A stretch of DNA of 57,842 nucleotides. Origin: Nitrospirota bacterium (GTDB taxonomy: Bacteria > Nitrospirota > Thermodesulfovibrionia > Thermodesulfovibrionales > Dissulfurispiraceae). The position numbers and the translations under genes were made by a program. Where the stretch lies: positions 1 through 57,842 of the forward strand of contig JBFLWF010000016.1 of NCBI GenBank assembly GCA_040758355.1, in the 5' to 3' direction. Shown one piece after another: positions 18,993 through 28,566 of this stretch (positions are counted from its first letter, which is position 1; every line of letters begins with the position of its first letter). The notes below the pieces were generated by a model. The model ran no database searches and was not told the origin of the DNA. It was given only the letters and a program-made list of their open reading frames with translations.

Positions 18993-21791
18993 ATGGTAAA
19001 AATCTTCTATACACCGCCTGGATACAGAAATACCGCCGAATTCCTGTTTAAAGAGGCATTAAAAGATATCCACGGTCCTGATTATTCAAAAATACTCTAT
19101 CTATCGCCTGCCTCGGTAAAAGTCCATGAGGCTCAAAGAATATTCCAAAGAGCTATAAAAGAAGATTTAGGGGGCTCGTGGGGGAACGAAGTTCCCCCAC
19201 GTTCTTGCTACATCCCTCCGGAAATGGCCACCATAATGCAGTACTGCAAAAAACTCTATTCCGCCTATGGCAACAGGAGAATACTGCATGGGTCATTAAT
19301 TCCGGTTATCCTCTCAAGGCTCTGCGGCAGAGGGCTCGGATTTTCATCAATGATTGCCGACTTTATAAGCGACATCAAACATCTCTATCCCGATTGCGAT
19401 ATGGATGCCATAAAGCATAGCTTCACGGATGTATTTCATGATCTAAACATACCTGAAGCCGTTGCAGAGACCATAAATGAAGGACTCGAGACATATAAGA
19501 ATTATCAATCTTTTATAACGGGAAGCGGGCTTATAGATGAAGACGATGTCATAAAAGATAGCGGTCAGTGGTTAGTGGTCAGTGGTCAGGAAGACTCATC
19601 ACTCGTCACTCATCACTCGTTACTGATTTTAGACGGATTTTATGACCCAACTCTCTCGGAAAAGAATGTACTGAAGGAGCTTATTCAATCCTCGGAACAG
19701 ACCCTTGTTGCGATACCGTACAGTAATCAGTTCAAAGGGCTGGTGGAAGGGTATGCAAATTTTTTAAAAGATAATTTCAAAATTGAAGAAACATTTGTTA
19801 CCGATTCACCCATTCACCCATCCACCCATTCCTTTGCTTACTATGCCTATCCGTGTATGGAAGAAGAGGTGGAAGGCATAGCAAGGAATATAAAATCATT
19901 ATATGTGTCGGGCAAGCTCAGGGATTTAAGAGAGATAATCGTTACATTCCCTGACCTGAGCAAATATGCCTCCATGGTAGAAAGGGTCTTCCATCGCTAT
20001 GGCATTCCCTATGATATCTCTAAGAACAAAACACTTGGACGGATAAGGCCATTCCTTGACCTCCTGTCCCTTTTAAGGTCAGCGGCAGATGGCTATCCGA
20101 GGCTGAAGTTTTCCCAATTCCTGTCATCCGCATATTTCACCAAGATTCCCGAAGGGATCAAGAAATGGGTAGCGACCCTTTCCCTCGAGTCAGGGATTGT
20201 TTCCGGAAAGGAATCGTGGCTCAACTTTATAGAGGGAGGCTCTGAAAATGTTGATATGAGCCTTATGAAAGAAAAGGACACGATAGAAAAGGATATGGCA
20301 TGGATTTTCGACAAGCTCCAGCCCCTTGAAGATGTCAGGAAAGGAGCGGGCATTGAGGCCTATGTTTATTTGATTCGGGATATTCTGAATGAATTTGGTT
20401 TTCTGGCATCCACCCTCGATTCGGAAATGAGGGATCTGCGAAGGACAACCATAGAATTGCTGAAACAGATGTCTTTTTTGAGCGCATTACATCCTCATCC
20501 GATTACCCTGAATGAATTCATAGATGTGTTCAACCATCTCCTTAATTCAACGCATATGGAAACAGAAGGCACAGGCGTGAGGGTAATGGATTTTTCTGAA
20601 ATGCCTGGCATGTCGCCGGAGTATATCTTTTTTGGAGGATTGACCGATGGAGATATGCCACGGAGGATGGGTCTGGACTATCTGCTGCCTGACAGTGTTA
20701 AAAGAAGGCTCGGATTTTTGCATCTCGACAAGTACATAGAGACACAGCGTTTTTCTTTTCACAATGTCATAAAATCGTGCCGGAACCTGCATCTTTCCTA
20801 TCCGTTGATGGAAGGCGACGACCTGTTCCTTCCTTCGTCATTTTTGTATTTTGGCGAGGAGGTAAAAGAGAGGGTCCCCGGCATCTTTTCCAGAGAGGAA
20901 TATCTTATAAGGCAAGGCTACAAGCCGTTTTCTAACTATATTTCTGAAATAGAGATTTCACGGCTATCAGCCATCAGCCATCAGCCATCGGCATTTTTGA
21001 GGGTCACGGATATAGATGCATACAGGATGTGTCCGAGAAGATTTTTCATAGAGAGGATATTGAACCTTGAGCCCATGAGTGTCAAGGAATACGAGCTTGA
21101 GGCAGCCACAATTGGTAGCATAATACACAAGATAATGGAGAAGATTATAAAAGAGCCCTTCGACAATCTTGAAGATCTCAAGAAAAGGGCAGGGGCAGCA
21201 ATAGAGGTATCCGTGAAGGACAGGAGGATCGATGCGTACTGGAAGAGGATAATAAAGGATACATTCATGGAGATACTTCCTGATATCTACGAAAAAGAGC
21301 TTGAGATAAGAAAGGACGGTTATATATCCACAGAGGTTGAAAAGACGCTTACGGGTGAACCGATAAAGGGGATAAGATTGAAGGGTAAGCTGGACAGGTT
21401 CGACAGGATTGGTGACGCAGTGCAGATAATAGATTATAAAACAGGAACGCCGGGCCTTAACTGCAAACAGGTATTGGAGGGGAACGAGAATCTCCAGTTG
21501 TTCCTCTATGCCGCCATGATGAAGAATCAGGGATATACGGTGAGCAGGGTGGGGATATATTCCCTGAAGGATATCGATATTAAATGGTGTCCTCCGAAGA
21601 AAGGTAGAGGTAGAGGTAAAGGCAAAGAAAATGAGGAACAGGGTATTGATGATTACATAATTGCATCTCTGAAGTTTCTTGAGGAAGCGGTAAAGGACAT
21701 GAGGAAAGGAGATTTCAAGGCAAAGCCTCTGAATGACTATAGTTGCTGGAATTGTCATGAGTATGCATTCTGCCCGTATATACAACAGTAA
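18993..21791 (+). CDS. addB: AddB/RexB-like helicase-nuclease subunit B (degenerate helicase, PD-(D/E)XK nuclease)
   Basis: [47 protein letters not shown] (four-Cys Fe-S staple pattern). Confidence 0.85.
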   Translation: MVKIFYTPPGYRNTAEFLFKEALKDIHGPDYSKILYLSPASVKVHEAQRIFQRAIKEDLGGSWGNEVPPRSCYIPPEMATIMQYCKKLYSAYGNRRILHGSLIPVILSRLCGRGLGFSSMIADFISDIKHLYPDCDMDAIKHSFTDVFHDLNIPEAVAETINEGLETYKNYQSFITGSGLIDEDDVIKDSGQWLVVSGQEDSSLVTHHSLLILDGFYDPTLSEKNVLKELIQSSEQTLVAIPYSNQFKGLVEGYANFLKDNFKIEETFVTDSPIHPSTHSFAYYAYPCMEEEVEGIARNIKSLYVSGKLRDLREIIVTFPDLSKYASMVERVFHRYGIPYDISKNKTLGRIRPFLDLLSLLRSAADGYPRLKFSQFLSSAYFTKIPEGIKKWVATLSLESGIVSGKESWLNFIEGGSENVDMSLMKEKDTIEKDMAWIFDKLQPLEDVRKGAGIEAYVYLIRDILNEFGFLASTLDSEMRDLRRTTIELLKQMSFLSALHPHPITLNEFIDVFNHLLNSTHMETEGTGVRVMDFSEMPGMSPEYIFFGGLTDGDMPRRMGLDYLLPDSVKRRLGFLHLDKYIETQRFSFHNVIKSCRNLHLSYPLMEGDDLFLPSSFLYFGEEVKERVPGIFSREEYLIRQGYKPFSNYISEIEISRLSAISHQPSAFLRVTDIDAYRMCPRRFFIERILNLEPMSVKEYELEAATIGSIIHKIMEKIIKEPFDNLEDLKKRAGAAIEVSVKDRRIDAYWKRIIKDTFMEILPDIYEKELEIRKDGYISTEVEKTLTGEPIKGIRLKGKLDRFDRIGDAVQIIDYKTGTPGLNCKQVLEGNENLQLFLYAAMMKNQGYTVSRVGIYSLKDIDIKWCPPKKGRGRGKGKENEEQGIDDYIIASLKFLEEAVKDMRKGDFKAKPLNDYSCWNCHEYAFCPYIQQ
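19170..19201 (+). repeat. GGGG-led hairpin family, copy 2, in frame in addB
   Basis: GGGGGCT-CGTGGGGGAAC-GAA-GTTCCCCCACG (perfect 11-bp stem), translated [11 protein letters not shown]. Confidence 0.8.
19560..19624 (+). repeat. In-frame two-armed heptamer element in addB
   Basis: AGCGGTC AGTGGTT AGTGGTC AGTGGTC ... ACTCATC ACTCGTC ACTCATC ACTCGTT, translated [21 protein letters not shown]. Confidence 0.85.
19800..19831 (+). repeat. In-frame octamer tandem in addB
   Basis: ACCGATTC ACCCATTC ACCCATCC ACCCATTC, translated [11 protein letters not shown]. Confidence 0.8.
20963..20992 (+). repeat. In-frame heptamer tandem in addB
   Basis: GCTATCA GCCATCA GCCATCA GCCATCG, translated [10 protein letters not shown]. 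Confidence 0.8.
21602..21627 (+). repeat. In-frame hexamer tandem in addB
   Basis: AGGTAG AGGTAG AGGTAA AGGCAA, translated GRGRGKGK. Confidence 0.6.
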
Positions 21792-21868
21792 GGAAGCAGC
21801 ACCGAGGCATTGCCGAAAATAAACGCAGTTATCGCAAAACTAAAATAGGAAGGAAGGCTGGAGTAGCC

Positions 21869-22285
21869 ATGAAATCTTATCGTAAAGAACTCTGGTTTAA
21901 TATCCCGACGAGAAGGGCATTTATAAATATCACCCCGCAGGTGAATGAGTGTCTGAAAGAAAGCGGCGTTAAAGAAGGGCTTGTGCTTGTAAATGCCATG
22001 CATATTACTGCTTCTGTTTTTATAAATGACGATGAATCGGGACTGCATCATGATTTCGATATGTGGCTCGAAAAGCTTGCTCCCCATGAACCGGTAAAGC
22101 AATACCGTCATAATGTTGGAGAGGACAATGCAGATGCGCATCTGAAGCGGCAGATAATGGGCAGGGAAGTCGTTGTTGCCATTACCGATGGAAAGCTCGA
22201 TCTGGGCCCGTGGGAGCAGGTTTTCTATGGAGAGTTTGACGGCAGGAGAAAGAAAAGGGTGCTGGTGAAGATAATAGGAGAGTAA
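21869..22285 (+). CDS. yjbQ: YjbQ/UPF0047 (secondary thiamine-phosphate synthase) family protein
   Basis: [40 protein letters not shown]. Confidence 0.92.
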   Translation: MKSYRKELWFNIPTRRAFINITPQVNECLKESGVKEGLVLVNAMHITASVFINDDESGLHHDFDMWLEKLAPHEPVKQYRHNVGEDNADAHLKRQIMGREVVVAITDGKLDLGPWEQVFYGEFDGRRKKRVLVKIIGE

Positions 22286-22326
22286 AACATCTTTTTATTG
22301 TTTATAATCAAACAGGGGAATGATTG

Positions 22327-23925
22327 ATGGCGAGAGTTGCTAAAGAAAAGAAGAATCAAAATGATGAGCCTTTAGAAAAGAAACTCTGGAAGGCGGCGGA
22401 CAAACTCAGGAAGAACATGGACGCCGCAGAATACAAGCATGTTGTTCTTGGCTTAATCTTCCTGAAATATATCTCGGATGCCTTTGAAGAACTTTATCAA
22501 AAGCTGAAAGAAGGTAAAGGCGCTTATGAGGGCGCAGATCCCGAAGATAAGAATGAATACACTGCTGAAAAGGTCTTTTATGTACCGCCGTCTGCACGAT
22601 GGAATTGGCTTCAAGGCAGGGCAAAACTGCCGACCATAGGCAAGGATGTTGATGATGCGATGGATGCGATTGAGAAGGATAACCCTTCTCTTCGTGGAGT
22701 ATTGCCAAAGGTTTATGCTCAGGAAAAGCTGGATAAGCAAAGCCTTGGCGGTTTGATTGACCTTATAGGCAGCGCGACCCTCGGCACTCAAGAAGCGCAG
22801 AGCAAAGATGTTTTAGGCAAGGTTTATGAATACTTTCTTGGCGAGTTTGCCTTAGCAGAAGGCAAAAAGGGCGGGCAGTTCTACACGCCCGGAAGCGTTG
22901 TAAAACTTCTTGTTGAAATGCTTGAGCCTTATGAGGGAAGGGTATTTGACCCTTGCTGTGGCTCAGGCGGAATGTTTGTGCAGAGTGAAAAATTTGTTGA
23001 AGCGCACAGAGATTATTACAAGAAAAAAGGCAACGGCTTATCTTTAAATCCTGCAGACCGCATCTCGATTTACGGACAGGAGAGCAACCAGACCACATGG
23101 CGTCTTGCAAAGATGAACCTTGCGATCCGCCATATAGACAGCAGTAATGTTAAATGGAACAACGAAGGTTCGTTTCTCAATGACGCGCATAAAGACCTGA
23201 AGGCAGATTATATCATTGCAAATCCGCCCTTTAACGACAGCGACTGGAGCGGCGACCTGCTCCAAAATGATGCCCGCTGGAGTGTTTTGGGACAAAAACT
23301 ACCGCCTCCACCGAATAATGCAAATTACGCATGGATTCAGCACTTCCTCTATCACCTTGCGCCGACAGGCATGGCAGGGTTTGTATTGGCAAAAGGTTCT
23401 TTGACAACAAAGACCACTAACGAGGGCGAAATACGCAAGGCAATGGTTGAGAATGACCTGATAGACTGCATCGTGAACCTGCCGACAAAACTTTTTCTTA
23501 ATACACAGATACCTGCTTGTCTTTGGTTCATTCATCGCAATAAGCAAAAGAGGAAAGGCGAAATCCTGTTCATAGACGCACGGAACATGGGCTATTTAAT
23601 AAACCGCAGGAACAGGGTTTTGTCAGATGAAGACATTGCCCTAATTTCTCAAACATATCACAACTGGCGCACAGGCGAAGGCGAATACAAGGATGTGCAG
23701 GGCTTCTGCAAGTCAGCGACTTTAGATGAAGTAAGGGCATTGAATTATGTATTAACCCCTGGCAGATATATCGGTCTACCAGATGACGAGGATGATTTCA
23801 ATTTTGCCGAAAGGTTTAATGCGTTAAAGGCGGAATTGGAAAAACAGATAGCGGAAGAAGCGGCACTTAACAAGGCGATAATGAAAAACCTTGCGAAGAT
23901 CGAGGTGAAAGAAAATGGTAAATAG
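22327..23925 (+). CDS. hsdM: Type I R-M methyltransferase subunit
   Basis: [36 protein letters not shown]. Confidence 0.97.
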   Translation: MARVAKEKKNQNDEPLEKKLWKAADKLRKNMDAAEYKHVVLGLIFLKYISDAFEELYQKLKEGKGAYEGADPEDKNEYTAEKVFYVPPSARWNWLQGRAKLPTIGKDVDDAMDAIEKDNPSLRGVLPKVYAQEKLDKQSLGGLIDLIGSATLGTQEAQSKDVLGKVYEYFLGEFALAEGKKGGQFYTPGSVVKLLVEMLEPYEGRVFDPCCGSGGMFVQSEKFVEAHRDYYKKKGNGLSLNPADRISIYGQESNQTTWRLAKMNLAIRHIDSSNVKWNNEGSFLNDAHKDLKADYIIANPPFNDSDWSGDLLQNDARWSVLGQKLPPPPNNANYAWIQHFLYHLAPTGMAGFVLAKGSLTTKTTNEGEIRKAMVENDLIDCIVNLPTKLFLNTQIPACLWFIHRNKQKRKGEILFIDARNMGYLINRRNRVLSDEDIALISQTYHNWRTGEGEYKDVQGFCKSATLDEVRALNYVLTPGRYIGLPDDEDDFNFAERFNALKAELEKQIAEEAALNKAIMKNLAKIEVKENGK

Positions 23926-24372
23926 CAAACATCCAAAAAAATCAGTAGATAGGGCGCTTGCAGCACTCAACCTGAAATACGAAGCGAGTTTTATCGGAAC
24001 ATTGCCGAAATACTTCAGACAGCAAGGCAGAATGCTTATCGTGCTGTCAATTTTGTCATGGTAGAGGCGTATTGGAACATCGGGAGGCTTATCGTAGAGG
24101 AGGAGCAAAAAGGCAAGCAACGGGCTGATTATGGAACATACCTTATCAAAAATCTTTCAGTCCGATTGACAGAGGAGTTTGGCAAAGGATTTGACGAGAG
24201 GGAAGTCAGGAGGATGCGTCAATTTTATCAGACATTCCTAATTCGGGACGCACTGCGCCCCGAATTGACTTGGACTCATTATCGGTTATTGCTCCGAGTC
24301 GAAAATGATAAAGCCCGCGATTACTATCTTAAAGAGGCAGCAGAACAAAATTGGAGCACCCGTGCCCTTGAG

Positions 24373-24808
24373 CGTCACCCTTCGACAGGCTCAGGGTGAC
24401 AAGTTGTTATTGTCTTGTCGTCATGGTGAGCTTGTCGAACCATGACACACTTTAAAATTTGAAATGAGAAGTTATTATATTTACATATTGCAATGCTCAG
24501 ACGGCAGCTATTACACAGGTGTAACCAACAATGTTGAAAGACGTTTCTATGAACATCAGGAAGGTCTTATTGATGGATGCTATACACATAATAAAAGGCC
24601 AGTAAAGTTGAAATATGTAGAAGAGTTTTCCGATGTTCGTGAGGCTATAGGACGGGAGAAGCAAATAAAAGGCTGGAACAGGAAGAAAAAAGAGGCATTA
24701 ATAAGAGGAGATTTTGAAAAACTGATTGAATTGGCAAAGGGTCATCCTTCGACAAGCTCAGGATGACAATATGGTGAGCTTGTCATGGTGAGCTTGTCGA
24801 ACCATGGC
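24373..24808 (+). mobile_element. Putative mobile cassette: GIY-YIG gene flanked on each side by a doublet of GTCA..TGAC palindromes
   Basis: Palindromes at 24374-24400, 24420-24446, 24741-24767, 24782-24808 share loop TTCGACA(G/A)GCTCA. Confidence 0.75.
24464..24766 (+). CDS. Stand-alone GIY-YIG nuclease (UPF0213/YhbQ-like)
   Basis: YYIYIL, YYTGVT, RRFYEH, AIGREKQIKGWNRKKKEALI. Confidence 0.92.
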   Translation: MRSYYIYILQCSDGSYYTGVTNNVERRFYEHQEGLIDGCYTHNKRPVKLKYVEEFSDVREAIGREKQIKGWNRKKKEALIRGDFEKLIELAKGHPSTSSG

Positions 24809-24892
24809 GCGGGAAGTAGAGCGGGAAAAGGCTTTGCTTGAACTGGAGATGAAGACGAGAGAGAGGAAAAGGCGAAAAAAGGACAGCAAGTA

Positions 24893-26068
24893 ATGGGTGA
24901 GTGGAAGAAATATAAACTGAGAGAAGTAGCTGAAATAATTAAGGACACCTATATCCCTGTTGGTAATAGTGATTATGCCTATATCGGATTAGAACATATT
25001 GAACAGGAATCTCTGCGATTAAATTCAGTTGGTGTTTCATCTGATGTAAGGAGTAACAAATTCAAGTTCAAAGCAAATGATGTTTTGTTTGGAAAACTTC
25101 GTCCCTATTTTAGAAAAGTTGTAAAGCCGCAATTTGATGGTATTTGTTCAACAGATATATGGGTGTTCAGAGCAAAAAAAGGATTTGATCAAGACTTTCT
25201 TTTTTATTTTTTGGCTAATTGGGATTTTGTAAATACAGCAAACAATGCTGAGAGCGGCACACGGATGCCACGTGCTGATTGGAGCTTTCTAAAAGAAACG
25301 GAGTGGAATTTGCCACCTCTCCCCGAACAAAAGTCCATCGCCTCTGTCCTCAGCAGTCTTGACGACAAGATAGACCTCTTGCACCGCCAGAACAAAACCC
25401 TTGAGGCATTGGCAGAGACGCTCTTCAGACAGTGGTTTGTGGAAGAGGCGGAGGATGGGTGGGAGACGGGGAAGTTGGGGGATTATGGTAAAATTATCTG
25501 CGGCAAAACACCTTCAAAAAAAGTTCATTCATATTTTGGGGGCAATATTCCATTTATAAAAATACCTGACATGCATGGCAAAACATTTATTTTTGATACT
25601 GAGGACACACTGACAGAGGAAGGTGCTAACTCACAGCAAAATAAATTCCTCCCACCAAAATCAATTTGCGTTAGCTGTATAGCAACTGTTGGCTTGGTAT
25701 CAATGAATGCTTTCACTTGCCAGACAAACCAACAGATTAATTCTATTGTTCCTAACAAAGAGATTTATAGATACTTTCTTTATTTGAAATTTACAACTAT
25801 GAAGGAAGAATTGCTGGCGATGGCAAGTGGCGGAACCGCAACAGATAATTTAAACACAGGCGATTTTTCAAATATAGACATCATAAAGCCAGATGATAAA
25901 GTGCTTAAGGTCTTTCACAATCAGGTTCAAGTATATTTTGAAAAAATATTTGCTAACCAGATTCAAATCCGCACCCTTACCCGCCTGCGCGATACGCTTC
26001 TGCCGAAGCTGATGAGCAGAAAGGTTAGGGTGAAGGATGCAGAGAGGTTTGTGAAGGAAAAATTATAA
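24893..26068 (+). CDS. hsdS: Type I R-M specificity subunit
   Basis: Two TRDs separated by LPPLPEQKSIASVLSSLDDKI; C-terminal LRDTLLPKLM. Confidence 0.95.
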   Translation: MGEWKKYKLREVAEIIKDTYIPVGNSDYAYIGLEHIEQESLRLNSVGVSSDVRSNKFKFKANDVLFGKLRPYFRKVVKPQFDGICSTDIWVFRAKKGFDQDFLFYFLANWDFVNTANNAESGTRMPRADWSFLKETEWNLPPLPEQKSIASVLSSLDDKIDLLHRQNKTLEALAETLFRQWFVEEAEDGWETGKLGDYGKIICGKTPSKKVHSYFGGNIPFIKIPDMHGKTFIFDTEDTLTEEGANSQQNKFLPPKSICVSCIATVGLVSMNAFTCQTNQQINSIVPNKEIYRYFLYLKFTTMKEELLAMASGGTATDNLNTGDFSNIDIIKPDDKVLKVFHNQVQVYFEKIFANQIQIRTLTRLRDTLLPKLMSRKVRVKDAERFVKEKL

Positions 26069-27492
26069 TGATGTTGGATAACATATTAAAAAATAACCAA
26101 AAAACTTTTAGAAAACTTACGCATTTCTGGCCCACATTAACCAACCCGAAGAATTATGTTATCCCCGAAACAATAGAAGAATTTAAACAACTCGGCGGTA
26201 TCTTTGCTCCTAAGATTAAGATAAATTCAAGGGATTATTATTTTAATGAAAAAACAAAAGCAGTATTAGATGACTTTGTAAATACTATAGGTAAAATCAG
26301 GGAAATAGAAGATACTATCTCATACAGGACTGCTTATAAAACAACGATAGATTTTATTGAATCAGCTATATATGATCAGTTAAAACATTCCAATAAGCTA
26401 AACTCTGAAAAGGATATTAAGAAAATATTGCAGACCATTATTCATCATAGACAGACAAGATATCAATTTTTTCGAATCGTTGAAGGCATCGAGTTAAAAG
26501 AGTTGGATAGCGTTGCTTTTGGTGATGTGAAACTTTTTGTCTTTTCGGAAAACCACATGAACGAAATTAATAAATACCGCAAAAGCAACAATCTCAATGG
26601 ATTTTATGACAGATCCATTGAGCCATTTATAAAAAAACACTTTGTCAATAAAACCTGTATTAGCACTATTGCAAACGGTGATGAAATAAAAGCTGAAGAA
26701 ATTGGAAAGAAAAAAATAAATCAGGTTATAAACTTGCTCAGATTTATTATCTGTATATTTGCTTATGAAAGAATTTATGAAAATAGAGTGAAAGTGAATT
26801 TGCTTGCTGAATCATATAATATTTCTGAAAATACTCTTAGCATCAATGTTGACAAAAAAATTATTTCTCTTCACTATGGCTCGAGCAGAAAACCTGTTCA
26901 GAAACTACCACTTGACCCCCAAATGATTAACGAACTTAAAGAATGTTGTTTTTTTGATGATTGGATACACATTTTTTCTAAGCCAGATAAAACTGAATTG
27001 GAAAAAGCTATTTTAACCGCAATTTATTGGATTGGAGAGGCACAAAATGATTATATTTTTGAGAGCGCATATATTAAGTTTTGGACGGCATTAGAGACTC
27101 TATTCTCAATCCCGGATACGGATAATATGAAATCAATAAAGTGCCCACGATGTAAAACACCAATTGAAACAATTACCGATAAAAAAGGCATAACAAAAGC
27201 ATTATCAAAGGGTGTAGCTATTTTATTGGCTTTTGGAGGCTACAGGCTTATCGAAATAAACGATGTTAAAAAGATACTTAAGGCTGTAGAAAAACTTTAT
27301 GATAAGAGAAGCGATGTTATACACAGGGGAATCTATGGAGATATGAAACCGTCGGAACTTGCAGAAATTTGTAAATATGCTGTTTGGTGTGTTCTGACCT
27401 GCCTCGGTTTGAGAACTCAAGGATACGGAACTTTAAAGCAAATAAAAGATGAGACAAATCGACTTTACAATTTAAGCGCTAAAATTGAGTGA
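26068..27492 (+). CDS. HEPN-domain protein (ApeA-like)
   Basis: FWTALETLF and LYDKRSDVIHRG (RxxxxH); visibly AT-rich; coupled to hsdS via TAATG. Confidence 0.75.
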   Translation: MMLDNILKNNQKTFRKLTHFWPTLTNPKNYVIPETIEEFKQLGGIFAPKIKINSRDYYFNEKTKAVLDDFVNTIGKIREIEDTISYRTAYKTTIDFIESAIYDQLKHSNKLNSEKDIKKILQTIIHHRQTRYQFFRIVEGIELKELDSVAFGDVKLFVFSENHMNEINKYRKSNNLNGFYDRSIEPFIKKHFVNKTCISTIANGDEIKAEEIGKKKINQVINLLRFIICIFAYERIYENRVKVNLLAESYNISENTLSINVDKKIISLHYGSSRKPVQKLPLDPQMINELKECCFFDDWIHIFSKPDKTELEKAILTAIYWIGEAQNDYIFESAYIKFWTALETLFSIPDTDNMKSIKCPRCKTPIETITDKKGITKALSKGVAILLAFGGYRLIEINDVKKILKAVEKLYDKRSDVIHRGIYGDMKPSELAEICKYAVWCVLTCLGLRTQGYGTLKQIKDETNRLYNLSAKIE

Positions 27493-27496
27493 TAAA

Positions 27497-27712
27497 ATGA
27501 ATGATAAAAAACAGAATCTAAAGCCTGCTTTGATCCCCCCTCACGGCGGATACCAGAATCTGAAGTCTTATCAGACAGCGGAAATTGTCTATGACGCTAC
27601 AGTGGCATTCTGCGACCGCTTTATTGACAAGCGCTCCCGCACTCATGACCAGATGGTGCAGGCAGCGCGAAGCGGGGTGCAGGCGCGGACACAGGCGCGG
27701 AAAACAAAATGA
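27497..27712 (+). pseudogene. Truncated four-helix-bundle (23S rRNA IVS-protein-like) gene
   Basis: LIPPHGGYQNLKSYQ...RSRTHDQMVQAARSG, then similarity appears to stop at a CAGGCGCGGA direct repeat. Confidence 0.7.
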
Positions 27713-28374
27713 GCAAAACCGTGAAGAATAAATCCCGCTACGATACATCCTCGCTTCCTGAAGCCCAGTTTGAACCGGGCTCACGGGGACGCGTTCTCAG
27801 AAACAAGCTCGGCGTCAAAAGCAAGAGGGAAATGGATGAGGCTGAATCTATAGCTCTCAAGGCTGCCATAGATAACCTCATCGGCATATACGATAAAGAC
27901 CATCGTTTCACTGCGGCAGACATCCGGGCAATGCACAAAATCTGGCTTGGTAATATTTACGAATGGGCGGGTGAATACAGACAGGTAAATGTGAGCAAAG
28001 GGGATTTTCATTTTGCCGCAGCAAAGCAGGTTCCCTTGCTAATGTCTGAACTTCAAAAAAGCGTTCTGCACAAACACACACCCTGTAATTTTAAATCAAT
28101 GGAGCGGGGTATTCAGGCATTGGCTGAAGTCCATGTAGAGCTTGTTCTTATTCATCCATTCCGTGAGGGCAACGGAAGAGTAGCGCGTATGCTGGCTATC
28201 TTTATGGGATTGCAGGCCGGACTGCCGCCCCTTGATTTCAGCGGAATTATCGGCAAAAAGAAGAAAGACTATATATCAGCAGTGCAGGCAGGGCTGGAAC
28301 GAGATTACAAGCCGATGGAAAAGATATTTAAAATCGTTATTCGTAAGACGCTAAAGACTCATGGACAGCCATGA
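27709..28374 (+). CDS. Fic family protein
   Basis: Canonical HPFREGNGRVAR; VLRNKLG and IYEWAGEYRQVNVSKG. Confidence 0.95.
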   Translation: MSKTVKNKSRYDTSSLPEAQFEPGSRGRVLRNKLGVKSKREMDEAESIALKAAIDNLIGIYDKDHRFTAADIRAMHKIWLGNIYEWAGEYRQVNVSKGDFHFAAAKQVPLLMSELQKSVLHKHTPCNFKSMERGIQALAEVHVELVLIHPFREGNGRVARMLAIFMGLQAGLPPLDFSGIIGKKKKDYISAVQAGLERDYKPMEKIFKIVIRKTLKTHGQP

Positions 28375-28534
28375 CAGCTTTTAATTTCTTTGCAATGGGC
28401 TTTGAAAGCTTGGGATATTTAGTGCGGACTCCTTCAACTGCGGTAGATGATGAAACCGACAGATTGATTAATGCCTCGCGAAGTTCAGGATCTTTTAAAT
28501 ACGGGTTAGTCTCTTTTAACGACTTCTTTTTCAT
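28337..28534 (-). CDS. Small protein, candidate Fic antitoxin
   Basis: 65 aa with STAVEG matching the (S/T)xxxE(G/N) inhibitory motif; TATAAT 5 nt upstream of ATG; convergent overlap with fic. Confidence 0.6.
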   Translation of the reverse strand: MKKKSLKETNPYLKDPELREALINLSVSSSTAVEGVRTKYPKLSKPIAKKLKAVMAVHESLASYE

Positions 28535-28566
28535 GCTTTATTATACTATATTGTTTGAATAAATAT

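Larger units (their letters stand above)
23915..24893 (+). pseudogene. YhcG/DUF1016 pseudogene with 5' frameshift and central domain replaced by a GIY-YIG cassette
   Basis: N-terminal domain (ARQNAYRAVN..MVEAYWNIGRLIVEEEQKG..LTWTHYR..WSTRALER) to 24372, in-frame TAG at 23950; YhcG-like tail AREVEREKALLELE at 24807-24893. Confidence 0.75.

Noticed and set aside
20967..21785. 272-aa minus-strand ORF (and the many other antisense ORFs in the track)
   Set aside because: Shadow frames of well-supported genes with no recognisable motifs.
21792..21847. Short frame [18 protein letters not shown] between addB and yjbQ as a gene remnant
   Set aside because: Too short to assign and has no start.
24373..24808. 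Possible CRISPR array from the repeated 27-bp palindromes
   Set aside because: Units alternate in orientation, spacing is irregular, a gene lies between them, and there are no cas genes in the window.
27497..27712. Diversity-generating retroelement (Avd-like four-helix bundle)
   Set aside because: No reverse transcriptase and no TR/VR pair seen; the gene is truncated.
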